Assembly (NCBI GenBank): GCA_963836755.1
Contig: CAWIKF010000004.1
Coordinates: forward strand, 1-57,317
Direction of reading: 5' to 3'
DNA from: an uncultured Verrucomicrobiae bacterium
Lineage (GTDB): Bacteria; Verrucomicrobiota; Verrucomicrobiia; Chthoniobacterales; Chthoniobacteraceae
DNA: 57,317 bases
A program made the translations under genes and the position numbers. How positions within the stretch are numbered: the first letter of the stretch is position 1; every line of letters begins with the position of its first letter. The notes under the pieces were generated by a model, which was not told the origin of the DNA, ran no database searches, and saw only the letters and a program-made list of their open reading frames with translations. Shown here in pieces: positions 50,452 to 57,317 of the stretch.

Positions 50452-53400
50452 ATGTCCGAACCCGACGAAACGTCCCCACCTAAAGCGTCTTCCGAGGCGG
50501 GATGCGCCCTGCGTGAAAAGGCGTCGGATGCAGATGGAATGGATGAGGCTGTGCCGCGCATCGATTATCCTCCACTGCCGATTGTGGGGCTCGGCGGATC
50601 AGCGGGTGGGTTGCGCGCGATGCAGAGTTTCTTTGAAAATGTCGCCAAAAATTCCGGCACGGCTTATGTGGTGATTCTTCATCTTTCGCCGGAGCACGAA
50701 AGTTCCGCGGCAGAGATTTTGCAGCGTTCCACCGCGATGCCGGTGGTGCAGGTAACCGGGCCCGTCAAGGTTGAGGCCGACCATGTGTATGTGATTCCGC
50801 CGGGCAAACATCTTTCGATGATCGACGGGAAACTGTGCCTTTCACAAATCGAGCGGACGCCGGGCCGGCGCGTGACGGTCGATCTTTTTTTCCGCACGCT
50901 TGCCGATACGCACGGACCGCGCGCGACGGCGATCGTGCTCTCGGGCGCGGATTCGGACGGCGCGATTGGTTTGAAAAGAATCAAGGAACTGGGCGGGTTG
51001 ACGGTAGCGCAGGACCCGACGCAGGCCGAGCACTCCGGGATGCCGCTCTCGGCAATCGCGACGGGAATGGTCGATTGGGTGCTGCGCGTCGAGGAAATGC
51101 CGGCGCGGATCGCGACGTATCTGGCGAATGGGGCAAAGTTAAAACTGCCGGCCGAAAAGCCGCCGGAAGCGAACCACCGCGAGCGGCAGGAAGTGGAAGA
51201 CGAGGCGGCGCTGCGCGAAGTGCTGACGTTCCTGCGGATGCGCACGGGTCACGATTTTTCGTATTACAAACGCGCGACGGTGCTGCGGCGCATCCGGCGA
51301 CGGATGCAGGTGAATAGCACGGAGACGCTGCCGCTTTATCTCGATTTTCTGCGCACGCACGCGGGCGAAGCGGGCGCGCTTTTGCAGGATTTGCTCATCT
51401 CGGTGACGAACTTTTTTCGCGACCTTGAAACTTTTCACGCGCTCGAAACGATCATTCCGTCGCTGTTCAAGGAGCGGCGCACGGAAGATCAAATCCGAGT
51501 CTGGGTGGCCGCGTGCGCGACGGGCGAAGAAGCTTACTCGATCGCGATGCTGCTGCTCGAATACGCCGGCACGGTGGAAGCGCCGCCGCAGATTCAGATT
51601 TTCGCGACGGACATTGACGCCGTCTCGATCGCCGCGGCGCGCGACGGATTTTACCCCGACACGATCGCGGCCGATGTGAGCGAGGAGCGGTTGCGGCGCT
51701 TTTTTCAAAAGGAGAATCGCGGCTATCGCGTGCGGCGCGAGGTGCGTGAGCTGGTGCTTTTCGCCCTGCACGATTTGCTAAAGGACGCGCCGTTTTCGCG
51801 GCTCGACCTCATCTCGTGCCGCAACTTGATGATCTATCTCAACCGCAAGGCGCAGGCGCGGGCGTTTGAAATTTTTCACTTCGCGTTGCGTCCCGAAGGC
51901 CGGCTTTTCGTCGGCTCATCGGAAACTGCCGATGACGCGACCGCGCTTTTTTCGGCGTTCGACAAAAAAAATCGGATCTATGTGCGGCGCTCGGTGCAGC
52001 GGATGATTTTGCCGGCGCCGCTCGGCATTGCCCGACCGGAACATTCGGGGCACATTCCGGGAACCGCGATTCCGAAGCCGACGCCGATCAAAGAAAACAG
52101 CGCGCCGCAAATTCCTATCCCGATGTTTTCGGACTCGCTCGGGAAGCCGTGGAGCGAAATCCATTTCCGCTTGATCGAGCGGCTCGGTCCGCCTTCGTTG
52201 CTCGTCAACGCGGACTACGAAATCCTACATCTCTCGGAGAGCGCGAATCACTTTCTCAACTTTTCCGGCGAGCCGTCGATGAATTTGCTGCGCGTCGTGC
52301 ATCCGATGCTGCGGCCGGAATTGCGCGCCGCGCTTTTCCAGGCTGGGCAAACCGCGACGCCCGTGGATCTGCGCGGGATCATGGTCGATTTCAGCGGGGT
52401 GTCGCGCGCCGTCGATGTGGGCGTCCGGCCGGCGCACGATCTGGCGCCGGGATGTCTGCTCGTGGTTTTCCGCGAACGCGAGGAAGCCGACATCGGCGAG
52501 TCAGCTCCCGGCGTCGCGCTCGCGGTGCCCGGCCATGCGGAAGTGCTCCAGCGCATCGAGGAGGACCTCGACATGACGAAGCGGCAACTGCGGGAAAATA
52601 TCGAGCAGAGCGAGGCGCAGAGCGAGGAGATGAAGGCGAGCAACGAGGAGTTGCAGGCGATGAACGAGGAGTTGCGATCGGCGAGTGAAGAGCTGGAAAC
52701 GGGGCGCGAGGAAGTGCAGTCGATCAATGAGGAACTGACCACGGTGAACCATGAGCTGAAGCTCAAGGTCGAGGAGCTAAGCCGCTCGAACAGCGACCTG
52801 CAAAACCTGATGGCCTCGACGGATATCGCGACCATTTTTCTCGATCGGCAACTCTGCATCCAGCGCTTCACACCGCCCGCGGTGACGCTTTTCAATCTCA
52901 TCGCGACCGATGTGGGACGCCCACTCGCGGACCTCACGCATCATCTCACGTATCCCGAAATCGCTTCCGAAGCGGAGCGCGTGATCGAGCGGCTCGACGT
53001 GGCGGAGCGCGAGGTGCGGCACGCGGACGGGCGCTGGTTTCTCGCGCGAATGCTGCCGTATCGCACACCGGATGATCGGATTGCTGGCGTGGTGCTGACT
53101 TTTGTCGACATCACGCGTCGTCGCGGCAGCGAGGAACGGTTGCGGCTGATGATCGAGAACGCGCATGACTACGCGATCTTTTCGCTCGATCTCGACCGCA
53201 AGATCACGAGCTGGAATCCAGGCGCGGAACGCCTGCTAGGGTTCACCGAACAGGAGGCGGTGGGTCAATCCTCGGACCTTATTTTTACTCCAGAAGATTG
53301 CGCGAACGGCGTGCCGCAAAAGGAAATTGATACCGCGCGCGAAACCGGCCGCTCATCCGACGACCGTTGGCACGAGCGCAAGGACGGCTCCCGCTTTTTC

Positions 53401-54282
53401 GCCACCGGCGCGATGATGGCGATTCGTGACCGTTCGGGAGAGACGACCGGCTATTTCAAAATCTTGCGCGACCAGACGGAGATGCACGAGGCGCTCGACT
53501 CGCTCGAAAAAAGCCGCGCCGAACTGTGGGAAGCGCTCCAGGAAAATGAGCGGGCGCGCGATGAAGCCGAGGCCGCCAGCCGCGCGAAGGACGATTTCCT
53601 CGCCGTGCTTTCGCATGAGCTGCGGACGCCTTTGACGCCGGTGCTGATGGCGACGCACGTCCTCGAGCAGGAGCAGGTCGATCCGCAGACCCTGCGCGAG
53701 ACGATCGCGATGATCCGCCGCAATGTGCAGGTGGAGGCGCAGCTCATCGACGACTTGCTCGACGTCACGCGCATCGGTCGCGGCAAACTCGCGATCGTGC
53801 ATGAGGCGGTCGATATTCACGAGGCCGTGCGCCACGCGATGGAGGTGACCGACGGCGATGTCCAGTCAAAGGAGTTGCGCCTCAGCATCGCGCTCGATGC
53901 GGAACGTCACGAGGTGAACGGGGATTCCATGCGTCTGCAGCAAGTCATCTGGAACCTTCTCCGAAACGCGGCAAAGTTCACTCCAGTCGGCGGCGAAATC
54001 CAGGTCGCTTCTCGCAATGAGGACGGGAACATCATCATCTCCGTGGCTGATTCGGGAATCGGGATCGACAAACCTTCTTTGGGAAAAGTCTTCGAGGCAT
54101 TCGTGCAAGGCAGCCCCGACATTGCGAAGGAATACGGCGGCCTCGGGCTCGGATTGGCCATCGCCAAAGCCGTGGCCGAAGCGCACGAGGGCGAGGTCAC
54201 GGTGGAAAGTGCTGGCTTCGGGAAAGGCGCGACTTTTTCCGTGAAGCTGCCACTCCCGCGAGACGAAAATCACGGCGGCTGA
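50452..54282 (+). CDS. CheB-CheR-PAS-histidine kinase fusion protein
   Basis: CheB (GGSAGG, ILHL, LSG..SDG), CheR (ISVTNFFRD, ACATGEEAYS, ATDID, SCRNL.IY), coiled coil (NEELQ..NEEL), PAS domains, HisKA (SHELRTPL), HATPase (NLLRNA.KF, DSG.G, GLGLGL). Confidence 0.95.
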   Translation: MSEPDETSPPKASSEAGCALREKASDADGMDEAVPRIDYPPLPIVGLGGSAGGLRAMQSFFENVAKNSGTAYVVILHLSPEHESSAAEILQRSTAMPVVQVTGPVKVEADHVYVIPPGKHLSMIDGKLCLSQIERTPGRRVTVDLFFRTLADTHGPRATAIVLSGADSDGAIGLKRIKELGGLTVAQDPTQAEHSGMPLSAIATGMVDWVLRVEEMPARIATYLANGAKLKLPAEKPPEANHRERQEVEDEAALREVLTFLRMRTGHDFSYYKRATVLRRIRRRMQVNSTETLPLYLDFLRTHAGEAGALLQDLLISVTNFFRDLETFHALETIIPSLFKERRTEDQIRVWVAACATGEEAYSIAMLLLEYAGTVEAPPQIQIFATDIDAVSIAAARDGFYPDTIAADVSEERLRRFFQKENRGYRVRREVRELVLFALHDLLKDAPFSRLDLISCRNLMIYLNRKAQARAFEIFHFALRPEGRLFVGSSETADDATALFSAFDKKNRIYVRRSVQRMILPAPLGIARPEHSGHIPGTAIPKPTPIKENSAPQIPIPMFSDSLGKPWSEIHFRLIERLGPPSLLVNADYEILHLSESANHFLNFSGEPSMNLLRVVHPMLRPELRAALFQAGQTATPVDLRGIMVDFSGVSRAVDVGVRPAHDLAPGCLLVVFREREEADIGESAPGVALAVPGHAEVLQRIEEDLDMTKRQLRENIEQSEAQSEEMKASNEELQAMNEELRSASEELETGREEVQSINEELTTVNHELKLKVEELSRSNSDLQNLMASTDIATIFLDRQLCIQRFTPPAVTLFNLIATDVGRPLADLTHHLTYPEIASEAERVIERLDVAEREVRHADGRWFLARMLPYRTPDDRIAGVVLTFVDITRRRGSEERLRLMIENAHDYAIFSLDLDRKITSWNPGAERLLGFTEQEAVGQSSDLIFTPEDCANGVPQKEIDTARETGRSSDDRWHERKDGSRFFATGAMMAIRDRSGETTGYFKILRDQTEMHEALDSLEKSRAELWEALQENERARDEAEAASRAKDDFLAVLSHELRTPLTPVLMATHVLEQEQVDPQTLRETIAMIRRNVQVEAQLIDDLLDVTRIGRGKLAIVHEAVDIHEAVRHAMEVTDGDVQSKELRLSIALDAERHEVNGDSMRLQQVIWNLLRNAAKFTPVGGEIQVASRNEDGNIIISVADSGIGIDKPSLGKVFEAFVQGSPDIAKEYGGLGLGLAIAKAVAEAHEGEVTVESAGFGKGATFSVKLPLPRDENHGG

Positions 54283-54342
54283 AAATTGCGCAGCGCGCTT
54301 TTTTGTTAAGCTGCAAAACCGGCCGCTTGCGATATGAGAGAA

Positions 54343-54738
54343 ATGAGCGATGCCTTGAAACCGCGTCGGCTGAAGATTCTCGTGGTCGAAAACCATCACG
54401 ACACGCGCAAGTATCTCGCACTTTATTTGCGAGGCGAAGGCCATCGCGTCGCGACTCTCTCCACGATGAAAGAAGCGCTCGAAGCCGCTTCGAAAAGCGA
54501 CTGCGAAGTTTTGATCTCAGACATTGGGCTGCCCGACGGCGATGGATGGCAACTGCTCCGCCGCGCCCACTTTCCGGGTCCCATCTTTGCCATTGCGATG
54601 AGCGGGTTTGGAATGAACACCGACCGTGAGAAGAGCCGCGAAGTTGGTTACCGGCATCACATCCTCAAACCGGTCGATGTGCGGCAGCTCAATAAAATGC
54701 TCGATGAGGCTGCGGCAGAGTTTGCCTCGCGGAGTTGA
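54343..54738 (+). CDS. Single-domain response regulator receiver
   Basis: ILVVEN, SDIGLPDGDG, AMSGFG, KPVD. Confidence 0.92.
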   Translation: MSDALKPRRLKILVVENHHDTRKYLALYLRGEGHRVATLSTMKEALEAASKSDCEVLISDIGLPDGDGWQLLRRAHFPGPIFAIAMSGFGMNTDREKSREVGYRHHILKPVDVRQLNKMLDEAAAEFASRS

Positions 54739-54785
54739 ACGGCGGATAGTTGCTCGCGAGAGCGCCGTCCAGCTCGCGATTGCCA

Positions 54786-55844
54786 ATGCCGACCTCGAAA
54801 GCAAAGAAAGCTCCGCCGTTACAAAACGAGTCGGAAAAGGAGCGGCTTCGCATCGCGAAGATGCTGCACGACGGCCCGTGCCAGACATTCACGAGCGCAC
54901 AATTACTCGCACAAGTCCTCCTCCGAAACGTCGAGGAGGGAATCAAGGGAAATGCAAAACTTTGCGAGAATATCGCGGATACTCTCACCGCGGGTGTGAG
55001 CGAAATTCATGCGATTTTGAATGACTTGCGAAGCGGCGCGAGTGGCCTCTTTTACGAGGGAAAAGACTCTGAAAATGGACGCTCAGGCGCGACCGTCGAA
55101 GCGTCGAAATTCGATACTTCGCGTGTGACAGGATTACGATCCAAAACCCCGCGGAAGAACGAACCGGGCACGCCGGCCGAGCCGCGGAAACGGATCTTCA
55201 TCGTCGACGACCATCGGATGATGAGGCAGGGGCTGCGCGTCTTTATCGAGCGCGAAAGTGACCTCGAAGTCTGCGGCGAAGCCGACAACGGAACCGAAGC
55301 GCTGCCGCTCATCCTCGAGACGCAACCCGACGCGATCATCGTCGATATTTCACTGCCGGGAATGAACGGCATCGAGTTCCTCAAAAACCTCAAGGCGCAA
55401 CTGTCTGACATCGCGGCGATCGTCGTTTCCATGCACGACGAGGGCGTTTACGCCGAGCGTGCGCTCCGCGCCGGCGCGCGCGCCTACGTCATGAAAAAGG
55501 AAGCGGCCGAGGAAATCATCGTCGCCCTGCGGCATGCGTTGAACGGCGACTACCACGTCAGCAAAGGCGTCGCCGGTTCCATCTTTCACAAAGCGCTCGG
55601 AACCGGCGGCCACGGCAAGACGGCATCGGTTTCTCCCGTCACCCTTCTCAGCGACCGCGAGCTGGAAGTCTTCGAATTGATCGGTCAAGGCAAGTCCACG
55701 CGCGACATCGCGAAACTCCTTCGCCTCAGCGGCAAAACCGTCGATACCCACCGTGCCCACATCAAGCAAAAGTGCGGCCTCGCCTCGAACTCCGAGATGA
55801 TCCAGCACGCCATCATCTGGATGGAGCACGCCGGGGTGGCGTAA
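54786..55844 (+). CDS. NarL-family response regulator with an N-terminal HisKA_3-like (DHp) segment
   Basis: ERLRIAKMLHDGPCQ H-box, low-complexity linker, REC (IVDDH, DISLPG, YVMK), LuxR HTH (LSDRELEVF..KTVDTHR). An internal start at GTG 55125 is possible. Confidence 0.85.
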   Translation: MPTSKAKKAPPLQNESEKERLRIAKMLHDGPCQTFTSAQLLAQVLLRNVEEGIKGNAKLCENIADTLTAGVSEIHAILNDLRSGASGLFYEGKDSENGRSGATVEASKFDTSRVTGLRSKTPRKNEPGTPAEPRKRIFIVDDHRMMRQGLRVFIERESDLEVCGEADNGTEALPLILETQPDAIIVDISLPGMNGIEFLKNLKAQLSDIAAIVVSMHDEGVYAERALRAGARAYVMKKEAAEEIIVALRHALNGDYHVSKGVAGSIFHKALGTGGHGKTASVSPVTLLSDRELEVFELIGQGKSTRDIAKLLRLSGKTVDTHRAHIKQKCGLASNSEMIQHAIIWMEHAGVA

Positions 55845-55942
55845 AGTTACAGATCGAGCCGAAGTCTCCGTCGGCGGGCTCGTCGGCTGCCTCAATCCGC
55901 CAAAACGGCGGCGAAAAGTGGGGTAAAAGTCGGTCGGACGCA

Positions 55943-56229
55943 TCTCGCATCATCGGAAACCGGTCTCGCATCATCGGAAACCGGTCTCGCATCGTCGGAA
56001 ACCGCTCTCGCATCATCGGAAACCCCTCTCGCATCATCGGAAACCCCTCTCGCATCGTCGGAAACCGGTCTCGCATCGTCGGAAGCCGGTCTCGCATCGT
56101 CGGAAGCCGGTCTCGCATCATCGGAAACCGGTCTCGCATCATCGGAAACCGGTCTCGCATCATCGGAAACCGGTCTCGCATCATCGGAAACCGGTCTCGC
56201 ATCGTCGGAAGCCCGTCTCGCATCATCGG
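55943..56229. repeat. Tandem array, 21-bp unit TCTCGCATC(A/G)TCGGAA(A/G)CC(G/C)(G/C), 13 full units + 14 nt
   Basis: Read directly; head-to-tail with no spacers; variation limited to four positions. Confidence 0.98.
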
Positions 56230-56272
56230 TGCGCCCATTCTCGCCGGGAGCATCCGTCGGCGCTGAATCCCA

Positions 56273-56301
56273 TTGACACCCCGCTCGCGACTGCCTACAG
56301 C
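56273..56301 (+). promoter_or_regulatory. Candidate sigma70-type promoter
   Basis: TTGACA (56273-56278), 17-nt spacer, TACAGC (56296-56301, weak -10), 28 nt upstream of ATG 56330. Confidence 0.45.
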
Positions 56302-56329
56302 CGGTGAACTCCAACTCCAACAAAACCCA

Positions 56330-57061
56330 ATGAACGACCGCCAACAAAACCAACTCGACGCCGCCGAAGTCACCCTCGCTTACCTGCAGGACCCAGCGCA
56401 AAGCCCCATCTGGACCCCGCTCGAAGCCTTCGCCGACGACGTCACAGCCGCCAGCGGCAGCATCAACGTCCTCCACGCCCTCATCCAGCTCCAGACCGGG
56501 ACAACCACAGGCGTCACCGCCAACAAAATCCGCCTTCGCCTTTCCCTCGCAAACCGCATTGTCAAAGTCGCCACGGCCGCCACTAGCCTCGGCAACGCCA
56601 CCGACAACGCCGACCTCGCCGCCCAAGCCAGCGCTCTCGATTCTGCCAGCGAAATCAAAGCGATCAAAGACGGCCAGCTTCCTGACCGCGCCACCGCCCT
56701 TCACGACAAAACCCTCGCCGCCCGCGATGCCGACACCGCCACCGCCGCCAAATACGGCTTCAAAACCGGCGCCGCCGACAAACTCCTCGCCCCCCTCTTC
56801 GCCGCCATCACCGCCTACGGCGTCGTCGTCCAAAGCCCGCAAAGCGCCGTCAACGCCCGCGCCAACGCCACCGCCTCGATCGATAGCGAACTCCATCGCC
56901 TCATGGCCCTCCTCGACGACATGGACAACCTCATCGCGCAATTTGAAGACGACCAACCCGCCTTCGTCGCCGGCTACCAGCGCGCCCGCCAGATCATCGA
57001 CCGCGGGCACGGCAGCAGCGCCACCACTCCGCCGACGACCCCAACGCCGCCTACGCAGTAA
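56330..57061 (+). CDS. Uncharacterised 243-aa Ala-rich helical protein with C-terminal F..GY..AR.IID motif and Pro/Thr tail
   Basis: Open frame with strong NNC codon bias, amphipathic helical pattern, and an upstream A/C-rich leader and promoter candidate. Confidence 0.85.
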   Translation: MNDRQQNQLDAAEVTLAYLQDPAQSPIWTPLEAFADDVTAASGSINVLHALIQLQTGTTTGVTANKIRLRLSLANRIVKVATAATSLGNATDNADLAAQASALDSASEIKAIKDGQLPDRATALHDKTLAARDADTATAAKYGFKTGAADKLLAPLFAAITAYGVVVQSPQSAVNARANATASIDSELHRLMALLDDMDNLIAQFEDDQPAFVAGYQRARQIIDRGHGSSATTPPTTPTPPTQ

Positions 57062-57086
57062 GCCCTACCTCAGGAGACTTAGACTC

Positions 57087-57280
57087 TATGACACCGGACT
57101 ACACTCTCACGGCTCATCTCTCGAAGTGCGGACGCGGCGGCGCGTAGATCGACAACAACCCTCATTTTTGGACTAACCCGCCGACATCGGGCATCTGTCG
57201 CAACGATCTACGACGACGATCCGCCGGGACTATATCTTCTTCGTTCTCCCCCGACATAGGCGTCATCCGCAGATGATCAT
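57087..57280 (+). pseudogene. Decayed ORF fragment (possible Nmad2-like nucleotide-modification-associated domain)
   Basis: CGRGGA*IDNNPHFWTNPPTSGICRNDLRRR, then after a frameshift GDYIFFVLPRHRRHPQMI. Family assignment is from memory only. Confidence 0.3.
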
Positions 57281-57317
57281 GCCTGTCAATGTCTGCGACG
57301 TAAGTCGTTGACGCTGA

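Noticed and set aside
55943..56229. CRISPR array
   Set aside because: Units are head-to-tail with no unique spacers, and there are no cas genes in the window.
48700..57317. Intact transposon, prophage or integrative element
   Set aside because: No transposase, integrase, reverse transcriptase, phage gene or terminal repeats were recognised.

Overview
This is a 57.3 kb, GC-rich bacterial window. Gene content (fused ccoNO, H-X9-DG prepilin-like protein, REP-like palindromes) points to Verrucomicrobiota, possibly Spartobacteria/Chthoniobacterales; this is inference. It has five blocks. (1) 1-30: the 3' end of a tRNA. (2) 0.2-25.3 kb: a low-oxygen/carbon-flux cluster with an HDAC-family deacetylase, GTP-PEPCK, SulP and AspT/YidE transporters, a D-2-hydroxyacid dehydrogenase, an ADP-forming acyl-CoA synthetase-GNAT fusion preceded by two stand-alone cNMP-binding proteins, a porin, a FixL-like PAS kinase with a NarL-type regulator, a PocR-AraC regulator, a radical SAM protein and a complete cbb3 oxidase operon. 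(3) 25.4-29.3 kb: araBAD, which looks more AT-rich than its flanks. (4) 29.4-48.6 kb: housekeeping and envelope genes (YajQ, LPS glycosyltransferases, MsbA-like exporter, ABC transporter, murA, a doubly frameshifted prmC). (5) 48.7-57.3 kb: a plastic region with gene debris (FN3, LysR, speA fragments), a CheB-CheR-PAS-kinase / receiver / DHp-REC-HTH signalling trio, a 21-bp tandem array of about 13.7 units directly upstream of a promoter and an uncharacterised C-rich helical-protein gene, and a decayed ORF at the end. The best candidates for undescribed biology are the tandem array + promoter + helical gene module, the apparent O2/cNMP-linked acetylation writer-eraser cluster, the DHp-only domain fused to a NarL regulator, and a palindromic element inserted in frame in ccoI. 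All family assignments come from motif recognition, not database searches.
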